Source: Candidatus Nanohalarchaeota archaeon
GTDB taxonomy: Archaea > Nanohalarchaeota > Nanosalinia > Nanosalinales > Nanosalinaceae
Assembly: GCA_022729235.1 (NCBI GenBank)
Contig: JALDAJ010000001.1
Location: forward strand, 32,001 to 96,000
Direction of reading: 5' to 3'
DNA length: 64,000 nucleotides
The notes under the pieces are model-generated. The model saw only the letters and a list, made by a program, of their open reading frames with translations. It was not told where the DNA came from and did no database searches. Within the stretch, counting starts at the first letter, position 1. Each line of letters opens with the position of its first letter. Positions 29,627-39,444 of the stretch are shown in pieces. A program made the translations under genes and the position numbers.

Positions 29627-29998
29627 TTATTCTTCTTTTTCCAGGAGTTCAGCTGATTTTTGGGCGATATCTTCGACATCGTTTTCTGCAGATCCGCTCG
29701 CAGTTATCGCGATCGCGGCTGATTGAACTCCGATACCTGCAGCAAGACCTAGTTCCTCTCTTTCAGGTACAAATGTGTACGGGATGTCTCGTTCCTCACA
29801 GAGCGCAGGGATGTGCATCACGATTTCTTCGGGAGAAACATCGCTGGCGATAACAACCAGTTCTGCCTCGTTCCTCTCAATCGCCTTGGTAACTTCGTTG
29901 GTTCCGATAACTACTTTTCCGGAACCTTCTGCTTCTTCAACTGTGTCGTAGGTTTTTTCTGCTAGTGATTCTCCTGGTTCAAATTTTTGGTAAGCCAT
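29627..29998 (-). CDS. rpl7ae: ribosomal protein L7Ae
   Basis: GTNEVTKAIER and IASDVSPEEIV motifs; ATG at 29998. Confidence 0.96.
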   Translation of the reverse strand: MAYQKFEPGESLAEKTYDTVEEAEGSGKVVIGTNEVTKAIERNEAELVVIASDVSPEEIVMHIPALCEERDIPYTFVPEREELGLAAGIGVQSAAIAITASGSAENDVEDIAQKSAELLEKEE

Positions 29999-30006
29999 TA
30001 TTTTTT

Positions 30007-30031
30007 GCACCTCGATTGCGTCATCGGTTGC
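30007..30031 (-). promoter_or_regulatory. K-turn/K-loop in the rpl7ae 5' UTR
   Basis: minus strand GCAACC-GAU-GA-CGCAAUC-GA-GGUGC. Confidence 0.6.
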
Positions 30032-30175
30032 AAGCCTTAGCAGGCCTGTGTCACTGAAAGAGGATGAAACTTTTTTATATACCACGCGGACTCGGTGAGA
30101 GCTACAGCTATTGAGAAACACAACCATAGTCATGCCGTTTTACTTATCCCGATAGCTCTAGCTTCATTTCTCTCC

Positions 30176-30781
30176 ATGGACGACTACAGGCTTGTTAACG
30201 CAGCTGTCGACAACGTGAAGAACTATCTCAGGGCGATAGACGCCGACCCCGCCGAAGTGGAGGTATCACTCCAACCTTATTTCGACGAGGAAGGAGATAC
30301 GGTACGGATAGACTACCGCGCCTCGATCTCACAGGGAGAGATAGAGCTAGACCATAGGATTGAGAGAAGCCATGAGTTCCACAACAGCCAGGACTATGAG
30401 CTGGATTATATCCTCTGGGTGGAAGAGTTCCTGCAAGAGTTCCGGGGTGCACGTATCAACTATATGTCCGCCCCTCTGACAGGAGAGATGATAGATACAT
30501 CTGTGGAAAACGTGAAAAATTTTCTCCAAGTGATACGGGAGGAGCCGGAGAACATATCTATACTTGTTGAGCCCGACTATGATGATGAACTGGAGTCATG
30601 GATTATAGAATATTACGTGCGGCCGACAGAACTGGATGTTACTTCCTCAATGAGTATGCAAGAACCGCTGGGAGAAACAGAAGAAGAGTTCAAAGCTGTT
30701 TACACTCTATGGATAGCCCGGTTTAAAGAAGAGTTCCCTGAATCAGAGATGTTCTATCCTGAAATAGAAGACATCCTATAA
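30176..30781 (+). CDS. hypothetical protein with tandem duplicated domain
   Basis: two ~100-aa repeats (V.NVKN.L...Y.LW...F..EF). Confidence 0.75.
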   Translation: MDDYRLVNAAVDNVKNYLRAIDADPAEVEVSLQPYFDEEGDTVRIDYRASISQGEIELDHRIERSHEFHNSQDYELDYILWVEEFLQEFRGARINYMSAPLTGEMIDTSVENVKNFLQVIREEPENISILVEPDYDDELESWIIEYYVRPTELDVTSSMSMQEPLGETEEEFKAVYTLWIARFKEEFPESEMFYPEIEDIL

Positions 30782-31009
30782 CTATTGCTGTTCCGGGTCG
30801 AATTCCGCCAGTTTGTCGCTTTCGATGTAGTCCAGCTCCTCTTCCAGTTCACGGATGAGAAGGTTGAGATCGTGTCTCTGGCGCTCGGTTGCGGCTTCGT
30901 AACTTTCCAGTTCGTTAACCAGTTTGCTGCTCAGAAGCTCTACAAGTGCGTGTTCAGAGTTTGCATCACGGAATTCGTCGAGAACCTCCAGTACTTCTTC
31001 TCTTTCCAT
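30782..31009 (-). CDS. small helical hypothetical protein
   Basis: 75-aa acidic ORF. Confidence 0.65.
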   Translation of the reverse strand: MEREEVLEVLDEFRDANSEHALVELLSSKLVNELESYEAATERQRHDLNLLIRELEEELDYIESDKLAEFDPEQQ

Positions 31010-31035
31010 AACAAGTGATTGTAGGAGCCAGTTTT

Positions 31036-31779
31036 TTATTCTTCTCGCGGGGATATTATATCCTCGACCGCTGTCCTGTTATCCTCGAACTCCATAAGGA
31101 TCTCTCTTACATCACGCTCGATACCTTGATCCTCCTGTAAACCTGCTTCAAGATCGTTAACTGTTCTTTCCATATCATCTGCGAGGTAGAGCATATCCTC
31201 TATCATCTGTTTCGCGCGGAGAAACTTCTGCTGTCTGAGAAATAGCGGTCCCCGGTCGATTTCAGGAACATCGATTTCACGTGTCTCGGGCGGTGAAGGA
31301 ACCTCGCTACTCAGTTGGTCGACGTTTCGAGAATCCGTGAGACCTGCCTGTGTAGTCTTAGACCGTTGCTGGTTTGATGGCGGAGTATCCGATGCGGTCT
31401 CGTCAAGCTGCTGTTGCTGGGGCTCCTGTGGAGCCGGCTGTTGACTCTGCTGTCCTTCCTGCCAGGTATCTTGCTGTTCTTCACCGAACTTTTCCTCGAA
31501 CTCGTCAAGTTCCTCCTCCATTTCCCCTCCAGATCCGTTCTGGGAAACTGGGTCGAAAGAGTCTGTACCAGAATTTTCAAAACTCTGGGACTGCTGTGAT
31601 GCGCCAGTACTCTGCTCTGCTCCTTCATCAAAACCTGTTTCAAAATCCTCTCCAAGACCTGCTTCGTCCCCTACTTCTTCTCCCACGGCTTTTCCATCTT
31701 CAACCATCTCTTTTATCTGCTCCATATTCTCCCGGAGCTTCTCCTTGTCATCGTTCCCGAAATCGAACATCCTGTCCAA
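31036..31779 (-). CDS. acidic low-complexity protein with C-terminal coiled coil
   Basis: E/Q-rich linker, then GPLF followed by heptads. Confidence 0.75.
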   Translation of the reverse strand: MDRMFDFGNDDKEKLRENMEQIKEMVEDGKAVGEEVGDEAGLGEDFETGFDEGAEQSTGASQQSQSFENSGTDSFDPVSQNGSGGEMEEELDEFEEKFGEEQQDTWQEGQQSQQPAPQEPQQQQLDETASDTPPSNQQRSKTTQAGLTDSRNVDQLSSEVPSPPETREIDVPEIDRGPLFLRQQKFLRAKQMIEDMLYLADDMERTVNDLEAGLQEDQGIERDVREILMEFEDNRTAVEDIISPREE

Positions 31780-31842
31780 GAATAGCCCGAGCTCGGGTTT
31801 AAATATTCCGGTAGTCTCAAGGCATTCCCGGCAACCAGGAAA

Positions 31843-32382
31843 TCACTGGGATTTTCCTGCATGTTCAACAGCTTCTTCCACGAAATCCTCGAAGCGCTCC
31901 TCGTAGCTCTCATCTATAAGTTCTCCCTCTTCATCGAATACATCCCGAACGTTAGATATCGGAAGATGCGGTCCCGGTTCAGCGTTCAGCGCGAGCGTGA
32001 TGTCTTGAAGATGGTCGAGAGCTCTTACACCGCCGAAGCCGCCGGCTGATACTGTCACGTACGAGAATGGCTTGTCTTCATATTCAGGATAGAGGTAGTC
32101 GAGCAGGTTCTTCAACGCGCCGGGGATCGAGTGGTTGTATTCCGGGGTAACCAGTACGACTCCATCCGATTCTTCTACTTTCTGTCCGAACTCTTCTACG
32201 TCTTCCGGCGGATCCCCAGAATCTGTATATCTACGTGTACCGAGGAACGGTATCTCTTTCTCCGCAGGATCGAAAAGTTCAGCCCCGTATCCTTTTTCAC
32301 TCAAAACCTCAACTGCTTTCCTGGCAGCATGGATACTTCTCCTCTGCTCTCTTACAGTACCTACGACAACCAAGAAATTCAT
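31843..32382 (-). CDS. NADPH-dependent FMN reductase
   Basis: GTVR, TPEYNHSIPGALKN and GGFGG motifs. Confidence 0.93.
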   Translation of the reverse strand: MNFLVVVGTVREQRRSIHAARKAVEVLSEKGYGAELFDPAEKEIPFLGTRRYTDSGDPPEDVEEFGQKVEESDGVVLVTPEYNHSIPGALKNLLDYLYPEYEDKPFSYVTVSAGGFGGVRALDHLQDITLALNAEPGPHLPISNVRDVFDEEGELIDESYEERFEDFVEEAVEHAGKSQ

Positions 32383-32420
32383 GCTACCCCCCCTATATAA
32401 CAACCTGTTATTCAAGCCCT

Positions 32421-32663
32421 TTATTCTTCCTGTTCTTCTATGAAGTCTTTCACTCGCGTCTTTACTTCAGCCCGTGAAAAACTGTTCTCATCGATGTCGA
32501 ACACAATCTCGCTCTCTATAGAGATTCTTAAGACCCCGTCTTCGGACGGAACCAGTTCTACCTTGTCAAATTCCTCCGGGTAGTTCTCAAGGATCTCTTC
32601 AGCCGCCTCAACAGCTTTACCTAGGTGACCACAGTCCGTGCAGTAGTCTATAGTCAGTTTCAT
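32421..32663 (-). CDS. Rdx (SelT/SelW/SelH) family protein
   Basis: TIDYCTDC and VELVPS..G motifs. Confidence 0.8.
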   Translation of the reverse strand: MKLTIDYCTDCGHLGKAVEAAEEILENYPEEFDKVELVPSEDGVLRISIESEIVFDIDENSFSRAEVKTRVKDFIEEQEE

Positions 32664-32670
32664 CGATTGT

Positions 32671-33279
32671 TTACTCTTCTTCCTCTTCGGGTTTAAAGTC
32701 TTCGAGATCGTACTCAAGTTCTTCTCCCTTGGCGTCCGCCATCTGCCGGGCTATCAAGAAGTAAACTGTCGCGACCGCGCTACCGCTCTTGTTGTTGGCA
32801 GGGATAGCAAGGTCAACATTTTCCAGCGTGTCCGCAGAGTCAGCTATAGCTATAACAGGTATCTTGGCATCTACCGCCTCGTTAATCGCCTGCGAATCCT
32901 TCTCCGGGTCAGAAACCATCACCAGCCCAGGTTCAACGAAATCGTCTGACTGCGGGTTGGTGAGCGTTCCCGGGGTAAAGCGACCTGCGATTCTCTCAGC
33001 GCCGACAGATTCTGCAAACCTTGTGACCGGTAAAAGAGCTTCCTCGCTCCTCGCAACCACCAGGATATCCTCCGGCTCATAGTTCCTGAGGAACTGTGCC
33101 GCATCTCTTATACGCTCGTCAGTCTGTTTAAGATCAAGTACTGCGAGCTGGTTCTTCTTCACGTGAAATATGTATTTTTCCATGTCAGTGTGCTGGGACT
33201 TAGTACCGATGTGGACACCGTTTGACAGGTACTCCTCACGGTCGATTAGAAGGTCTTCCTCTGCTTGTTGTTCGGTCAT
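32671..33279 (-). CDS. rps2: 30S ribosomal protein S2
   Basis: GVHIGTK, GRFTPGTLTNP and IPANNK motifs. Confidence 0.97.
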   Translation of the reverse strand: MTEQQAEEDLLIDREEYLSNGVHIGTKSQHTDMEKYIFHVKKNQLAVLDLKQTDERIRDAAQFLRNYEPEDILVVARSEEALLPVTRFAESVGAERIAGRFTPGTLTNPQSDDFVEPGLVMVSDPEKDSQAINEAVDAKIPVIAIADSADTLENVDLAIPANNKSGSAVATVYFLIARQMADAKGEELEYDLEDFKPEEEEE

Positions 33280-33336
33280 ACGAGGGCTTTGAGGAACAAA
33301 TATTAAATAAGGTCTAGATTAGATGCTATCCTGTTA

Positions 33337-33954
33337 TCAATATCTTACCCACATCCTTCCTTTGTACCCCTCCTCTCCTGCATCCTTGTGATGTTCAAGA
33401 AGTGTATGTGGTCTTGTCTCATAAAGACCGTCAAAAAGGGTGTCAGCGACAGGTTTACCTCCTATGCTCTCACCCTCATTGTAGTGGAAAAACTCTCTGT
33501 CAGCATTGGGCTGCCACCGGGACTCTGACTTAAGGTTTAAGTAAAAATCATAGGCTACAGAACCTATTTCTTCTCCAGCTACATCGCCTCCTTCCGCGGG
33601 AAAGAACACCTCCGCGATTATCCTTGCATCCTCATCTGACTGTGACTCTTCCGGCAGGTTATAGGCTCCTCTGACCTGTGCTTCAAAATGAAAGGTTTCA
33701 AGAGATACTTCCCTCTCTTCCAGCCCCATAGAGAACAAGTTATGGAACTCTTCCTCAATTCTGTTCTCTACCGCCATTCCAGGGTGTTTATCATCTACCC
33801 ATGTCTGCGGAAGCTTAATGTTACCCCTAAAATTGCCTTTATCAGCTAGCTTGCGCTTTAGAGCGGTGTCGTACCCATTTCGCCGTATAAGTTCCTGGGA
33901 AGGACCGGAAACAACTTCAAAATTCTTCCCGCCAAAGCCATCCGGATATACCAT
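33337..33954 (-). CDS. hypothetical protein (orphan)
   Basis: 205-aa ORF. Confidence 0.7.
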   Translation of the reverse strand: MVYPDGFGGKNFEVVSGPSQELIRRNGYDTALKRKLADKGNFRGNIKLPQTWVDDKHPGMAVENRIEEEFHNLFSMGLEEREVSLETFHFEAQVRGAYNLPEESQSDEDARIIAEVFFPAEGGDVAGEEIGSVAYDFYLNLKSESRWQPNADREFFHYNEGESIGGKPVADTLFDGLYETRPHTLLEHHKDAGEEGYKGRMWVRY

Positions 33955-34006
33955 GGGTGCAGGTTTCTTTACCTGCTTTTAACCGATAGTTACAGGTTAA
34001 TAGATG

Positions 34007-35128
34007 CTATAGACTGTACATCTCCACTCCATCAATTTCATCCCATAGCCGGATGAGCCTGTTGAGTTTCGCGATGCGGATGTCGGCGATACCTGCCTTT
34101 ATGAACGGGCATCCCCACTCCAGCGCCAGGTGGCTGATGGTCGAGTCACAGGTCTCCCCGCTCCTGTGAGATATGACGGGCGTGTAATCGTTCTCTTTCG
34201 CAAGTTCCACAGTTTCTTTTGCATCTGATACCGTCCCTATCTGGTTGGGCTTGACTATGAGTGAGTTGCATGCGCCGTTATCGATTCCTTCCTGCAACCT
34301 CTCTTTATTGGTGGTGAACAGGTCGTCTCCGCATACCAGCACGTCCGGGTTCTTTTTCGTGAGTTTGGCGTGCATCCGGAAGTCTTCCTGGTCGAACGGA
34401 TCTTCTACATAGAGTAAATCAAACTCATCGATAAGTTTCTGGACAAATTTAAGCATCTCTTTGGGCTCCAGGTCCTGTCTCATAGAGTCGATACGATACT
34501 TGCCATCCCTGTAGAGTTCGCCCGCGGCAATATCCAGACCGAGGCGAGCATCGTACTTGTCCGCGACCTTCTTCACTGCCTTAAGCGTCTGCTCATCATC
34601 CATGGATGTGATAAGAGCACCTTCATCGTTCATGCCCTTAACTTTCTGTGAGTAGCGCTCTTTCAGTTCCAGGTATATTTTCGTGTTGGTCTTCACGGCT
34701 TCTGGAAAACTCTCCGCATTGACCGGGACGACAAGGAACTCCTGTATCGCAGTATTACCGCCGTGCTCTCCTCCTCCAACGACATTGCTGAGCGGGTAAG
34801 GGAACTGGTTACCGTGGTCGAATCCTGCGGCGTTCTTGAAGGCGAAGCTAGAAGCAATCGATACAGCTCCTATCCTTGAAAAGTCATCAGTATCGTCCAG
34901 CTCTTTCAGTTTCCCGTCGAAATCTTCCTGTGACATGTCACGGTCCTCCAGTTTCTTCAGCAGTTCTTCTGTCGCGTCGAGGTGTTCCGGTACCGAGCAG
35001 TTGACCTCGTGCCTCCCGGTCGAGGCGCCTGACGGAGCTTTTCCCGTACACCTATTTATCTCCGCCTCTACCGTCGGTTTTGTCCTTGAATCGATGATCT
35101 CCCGTAGCTGGATTGAATCAATCTTCAT
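34007..35128 (-). CDS. eno: enolase
   Basis: PSGASTG, QEF, GDDLFTTN, KPNQIG and SHRSGET motifs. Confidence 0.96.
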   Translation of the reverse strand: MKIDSIQLREIIDSRTKPTVEAEINRCTGKAPSGASTGRHEVNCSVPEHLDATEELLKKLEDRDMSQEDFDGKLKELDDTDDFSRIGAVSIASSFAFKNAAGFDHGNQFPYPLSNVVGGGEHGGNTAIQEFLVVPVNAESFPEAVKTNTKIYLELKERYSQKVKGMNDEGALITSMDDEQTLKAVKKVADKYDARLGLDIAAGELYRDGKYRIDSMRQDLEPKEMLKFVQKLIDEFDLLYVEDPFDQEDFRMHAKLTKKNPDVLVCGDDLFTTNKERLQEGIDNGACNSLIVKPNQIGTVSDAKETVELAKENDYTPVISHRSGETCDSTISHLALEWGCPFIKAGIADIRIAKLNRLIRLWDEIDGVEMYSL

Positions 35129-35234
35129 ACCGAAAAATTGTCGGGATGGTTTAAACCATCTTGGCTCTCTTTTAGACACGTCTAAACAGGATTCACAGAA
35201 AAACCTATAAAGCCTGCTTAGAACCTATTCTCGT

Positions 35235-35903
35235 ATGGTTGAAAGAGTCGGCACTGGAGTTCCAGGTCTTGATGAAAATCTGGATGGAGGTTTTCCTGAA
35301 GGCTCTGTGACTCTGATAACTGGAGGACCAGGTTCTGGTAAAACCACTTTCTGCACACAGTTCCTCGCTGAAGGGCTGCGTAACGAGGAGAGCTGTCTTT
35401 ACCTGACGACAGGACAGAGCCCGGACGAGATAAGGAGAGATGCGAAGGAGTTCGGTATCGACTTTGATAACTACTTCGAGAACCTGTCGATGGCACACAT
35501 CAATCCTTCACGGGAGCTGGAAAGCGAGATAATCGAGTACATCCAGGGAGAAGAGTTCGACAGGATAGTACTTGACTCACTCAGCGTATTCGAGATGTAC
35601 TGGGGTGAGAAAGATGGTCTCCGGAAATATCTTAACAGGATAATCGAACGCCTCAAGGATATGGATGCAACAGCAGTGGTTACTTCCGAACTTCCCGAAA
35701 ACAGGTCAGGCAAGCTTTCAAGATTCGGTATAGCCGAGTTTGTGGTTGACGGGGTTATTCGGCTTGAGGGCTTTGCTCTTGGAGATACCACCTACCGTTC
35801 TGCACAGATAGTGAAGATGAGGAGAACTAATATAGAGGGTGATTTGATGGAGGTCATAATAGATGAGAACGGTATCCGAATTGAGGAAGAAGAGAAAATA
35901 TAG
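35235..35903 (+). CDS. KaiC-like RecA-superfamily ATPase (single domain)
   Basis: TGVPGLD, GGPGSGKT, VLDS and KMR motifs. Confidence 0.9.
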   Translation: MVERVGTGVPGLDENLDGGFPEGSVTLITGGPGSGKTTFCTQFLAEGLRNEESCLYLTTGQSPDEIRRDAKEFGIDFDNYFENLSMAHINPSRELESEIIEYIQGEEFDRIVLDSLSVFEMYWGEKDGLRKYLNRIIERLKDMDATAVVTSELPENRSGKLSRFGIAEFVVDGVIRLEGFALGDTTYRSAQIVKMRRTNIEGDLMEVIIDENGIRIEEEEKI

Positions 35904-35946
35904 CTAAGATCAATCTTTTTACCTCATCTTCACTACAACTTCTATA

Positions 35947-36786
35947 ATGCAGGATTTCAAAAAGTTGGAGACAGAGTTCTTTCTTGATTCAGATCCTGGA
36001 GATAAACATCTGGAAGCACTTATTGAAATGGTCCAGTCCTCTTTTACCGCAGACGGTTTACCTACGAAGGAGGACATAAGAGACCATTTACTCGGGAAAG
36101 ACCTGACTCTCGTAATGACTCTAGACAACAGAGAGCCTGTAAGTTTCGGTAGCGTCCTGCGCGAGAATGACCTAATTATCCAGCATGGGGCGGCAGTAGA
36201 TAAGAATTACAGGGGCGAGAAACTCGCCAACATTCCGGTGGATCTAGCCACGCTACTGGAAGCTGAAGAAGATGAGTTCATGGTCGGAGGACGACACCAG
36301 TCAACTTATTACCCAGAATATCTTGAAAAAAGGGCTGAGTACTACCCTCAACCTGGAGAGCCTTTTCCAGACAAATTTGAAGAATACTTGAAAACGCTCT
36401 GGAAGTTCTATTCTCCGGATGCAGAGCTCGAAGACCAGGTTATGAAGGAATCACACACTCCTCTTTATGCGGATAAACACCTTAGACGATACGAAAAATC
36501 GCTTTCAAAGTACGTGGATGTTGAACTAGATCTTTTCCAGGGTGACGCAATTCTTACAGTAGGAGAGACAAGCATCTGGAGGCTTCTAAAGGCGCTCGGT
36601 GAAGATCTGGATGACTCCTCATACTTCCCTGAAATCTCTTTAGTTGACAGAGAATTACGGCATACCAAGACAGGTCCTGATGAAATACTCGCTCTTTTTG
36701 GCGGAGAAGAACCAGAATACTCGAGAAAATCTGGAGATTATGAAGAAGATATGGAACGCCTAATATCGATGTTGGATTCAAGGTGA
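35947..36786 (+). CDS. GNAT-like acetyltransferase (orphan)
   Basis: AAVDKNYRGEKLA resembles GNAT motif A. Confidence 0.6.
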   Translation: MQDFKKLETEFFLDSDPGDKHLEALIEMVQSSFTADGLPTKEDIRDHLLGKDLTLVMTLDNREPVSFGSVLRENDLIIQHGAAVDKNYRGEKLANIPVDLATLLEAEEDEFMVGGRHQSTYYPEYLEKRAEYYPQPGEPFPDKFEEYLKTLWKFYSPDAELEDQVMKESHTPLYADKHLRRYEKSLSKYVDVELDLFQGDAILTVGETSIWRLLKALGEDLDDSSYFPEISLVDRELRHTKTGPDEILALFGGEEPEYSRKSGDYEEDMERLISMLDSR

Positions 36787-36938
36787 CCGAAAAACCAGAC
36801 CATACCAGAAATCCTAATTATACCTATTATACATCTTGTAAGACCTTATAAAATACTCTAGAAGAAAATTATAGACACATGAGAATTCATCAACTACATA
36901 AATGTTAGAAGATTAAGAACAGGTAAAAAGGTAGGAAA

Positions 36939-37475
36939 ATGGCTCTGGGAGAATTAATAAAAGATTTAATCCGTTCCAACACCCTCACATATGAAGAAGG
37001 TCACATAGAAATACTGGACATACCAGGAGTCATGCTGCCCGCATCCACCTATTTTGACTTACTGGAGGAAGTAGCGCGGAGGACAGATGAAGATGTTCTT
37101 GATATACTATTTGAAGTCGGTCTAAGACACGGCGAAGTAGCAGTCGAAGATGTAGGTCGGAAAAACAACACGAGCAAAAGACAGTTTATAGAAACCATAA
37201 AAACAGGGAACGTCATGGGAATGGGAAAAATTACGGTAGAATACCACAACCTAGAAGAAGAAGTCCTGGTAACCAGTATAAAAGGATCTCCCCTGAACTC
37301 GCTGTTCAGAGAATCGGATGTCCTCAACCCCAACGGTCCTGTACATCATTTCTTCCGCGGAGTAATGCACACTATTAGCGAGGAGATGTTCAATGCAGAA
37401 GTAGAGTCGGAAGAGGAGCAATGCGAGTACCTTGGAGACGATAAATGCGTAATAAGATGTGAAACTATTCGGTAG
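36939..37475 (+). CDS. V4R-domain protein
   Basis: GMG, PV.HFFRG and EEQCEYLGDDKC motifs. Confidence 0.8.
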   Translation: MALGELIKDLIRSNTLTYEEGHIEILDIPGVMLPASTYFDLLEEVARRTDEDVLDILFEVGLRHGEVAVEDVGRKNNTSKRQFIETIKTGNVMGMGKITVEYHNLEEEVLVTSIKGSPLNSLFRESDVLNPNGPVHHFFRGVMHTISEEMFNAEVESEEEQCEYLGDDKCVIRCETIR

Positions 37476-37483
37476 ACTCTGCA

Positions 37484-38305
37484 TTAGCCTAGTGCTTGCT
37501 TCTGGGCTCTGATGAACTCCATTTTAGGATCGTCTACTGTCTCTCTAGTGATCTCTTCATCTGAAGCCTCCAGAATAGCCTCTATCTGGCCTACTCCTTC
37601 ACCATACACCTCTAGTCGGTCTTCGTGTCGAACGGAGTATGAAGCGTTCTCTAGCATAGCCGCAACGCACTCTTTGGACCAGTAGTACTGTCTAAGAGGT
37701 TCTATCTCCTTACCCTCCAGGAAACCATTGTAACCGTCCAGACCGGCATCCATCCATACCTCGTGGTCTATAGGGACTTCGATATAATCTACTTTCCTGT
37801 CCTCATCATAACCTGTGCTTAACGGAGCGTTTTCCCCGGGCCACGTTATCCACAGTTCGCCGTCCTGTCTCAGAGCATCTCTTACTGGATTCTGAATAAC
37901 ACTCTCAAAATCTTCCAGTTCCTGGAAAGAGTTTATCGCCATCACTACATCCACACTCCCTTCTTTTCCATTCAATACGTCACGGCCATCCCCCTGTTCA
38001 ACATTGAAGTTATCTATCCCTGATGCATTCCCTTCAGCTTTTTCAGCCATAAAAGAAGATAACTCTATCCCCAGGAACATGTAGTCTCCGCCGAGACGGT
38101 CAGCCAGCTCATAGGACGTATAACCATCTCCGCATCCCCAATCAATAACTGTCAATCCCTCTTCTTCCCCGTAAAGTTTATCACGTAAATCCTCAAGCTG
38201 ACTGGTAAACATGTCTAGGTTATCATCTACTCTGCCCGGGGAGCTAGGGTATATACCTGCATTGTAGAGCGCATCCCACCCCGTTTCTATATCTGGATCG
38301 GTCAT
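37484..38305 (-). CDS. class I SAM-dependent methyltransferase
   Basis: VIDWGCGDG, GIELS and LRQDG motifs. Confidence 0.85.
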   Translation of the reverse strand: MTDPDIETGWDALYNAGIYPSSPGRVDDNLDMFTSQLEDLRDKLYGEEEGLTVIDWGCGDGYTSYELADRLGGDYMFLGIELSSFMAEKAEGNASGIDNFNVEQGDGRDVLNGKEGSVDVVMAINSFQELEDFESVIQNPVRDALRQDGELWITWPGENAPLSTGYDEDRKVDYIEVPIDHEVWMDAGLDGYNGFLEGKEIEPLRQYYWSKECVAAMLENASYSVRHEDRLEVYGEGVGQIEAILEASDEEITRETVDDPKMEFIRAQKQALG

Positions 38306-38347
38306 AATACACTTATAGAATACAAAAAATAAGTAGGATGAGAAATG

Positions 38348-38536
38348 TTATTTTTTCACTGTGATAGGCAGCTTTCCTTCCTCGAGTTCCTTCTTCGCGA
38401 TGTCTCTCGGCTCCTGTGCGTCTGTATCAACGAAAACCGGTGCCCCCATCGCAATCTGCAGTGAGCGGGCGCCTATCATCCGTGCCCTTTCGTAACGTGT
38501 GTGTTCCGTCATAGTATCAAGCATCGTTGTCATCAT
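38348..38536 (-). CDS. rpoK: RNA polymerase subunit K (Rpo6)
   Basis: TRYERARMIGARSLQIAMGAP. Confidence 0.96.
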   Translation of the reverse strand: MMTTMLDTMTEHTRYERARMIGARSLQIAMGAPVFVDTDAQEPRDIAKKELEEGKLPITVKK

Positions 38537-39297
38537 CCTATGTATCCGAGGTCCTGTTGACCCTGGTCCTGGTCCTGACCCTGTTGTTGCTGAAGATTCT
38601 GAAGTTTTTTAAGTACTTCCTGTGCTTCTTCGACCTTGTTGTCAAGCTCTGTGTAGTCCAGGTCGAGGTCCAGAATATCTTCTACCACTTCAAGGACAGC
38701 CTCTGTCGCCTTTGGGTCGCTCAGCAGGAAGCCTGGAGTCTCGCCGAGCAGGCAGATACCGTCGTACCCTCTCTCTTCTCCTAGACCTAGTAGAAGACCT
38801 GAGGCGCCGACTATCTGACCTACCTCGTGGTCAAAGTTTATGCCGTTATCAGAGTATTTTTCCCTAACCTCAGTCGAGCTTACCGCTCCGAAGACCTGTG
38901 GATCCTCTACGACGTCACCGGTACCGTAGCCGCCGATAGTTATTATCTCCGAAACGTTGTTTTCATCGACAAAGTCCAGGATTCTCTCTGCCACCTGGAA
39001 ATGCCCCTCTGGCGTGGATGCCTGCGCATTACCTTCTATTATCAATAGGTCTCGTCCGTCGTCGCGCTTTAACTGGTAGATATCGTTTTTGAGAAGGTTG
39101 ACGGTCTTATCGTCGTGGATTATTGTATAAGGCGGGAAATGGTGAGAGTAGAGTTCACCTATCTTCTCTGCGTCCAGGTGGTCCGCGAGGTACGAGACGC
39201 AGGTCTTTCCTATGTGACCGATACCTGCAAGTCCTTCGATAAAAACAGGGTTTTCTACGTCTGGTTCTTTGTCAAGTTCGATTCTAGTTGCTTCCAT
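38533..39297 (-). CDS. proteasome assembly chaperone (PAC2) family protein
   Basis: EGLAGIGHIGK, IVGASGLLLG, GETPG...DP; ATG at 39297. Confidence 0.92.
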   Translation of the reverse strand: MEATRIELDKEPDVENPVFIEGLAGIGHIGKTCVSYLADHLDAEKIGELYSHHFPPYTIIHDDKTVNLLKNDIYQLKRDDGRDLLIIEGNAQASTPEGHFQVAERILDFVDENNVSEIITIGGYGTGDVVEDPQVFGAVSSTEVREKYSDNGINFDHEVGQIVGASGLLLGLGEERGYDGICLLGETPGFLLSDPKATEAVLEVVEDILDLDLDYTELDNKVEEAQEVLKKLQNLQQQQGQDQDQGQQDLGYIG

Positions 39298-39442
39298 CTT
39301 CTTCCACCTCTTTTTTGGTCCTGCGCCGGTATTTCCCGTATCTATCCGGGAATGAGAATTTCGGCGGTCTCGCCGGTACTGTTTCAACGCAGTGCTCGTC
39401 TTTCAACGTGTAAGAGTTACATTCTGGACACTTTTTAATCAT
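39284..39442 (-). CDS. nop10: H/ACA RNP protein Nop10
   Basis: manually translated MIKKCPECNSYTLK...PPKFSFPDRYGKYRR. Confidence 0.92.
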   Translation of the reverse strand: MIKKCPECNSYTLKDEHCVETVPARPPKFSFPDRYGKYRRRTKKEVEEDGSN

Positions 39443-39444
39443 TG

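Noticed and set aside
29999-30133. N-terminal extension of the L7Ae ORF
   Set aside because: It is 5' UTR and promoter; the true start is at 29998.
32421-32663. Rdx protein as a selenoprotein
   Set aside because: The motif is CxxC with no in-frame TGA.
39298-39387. N-terminal extension of the PAC2 ORF
   Set aside because: The region is explained by Nop10 in another frame.
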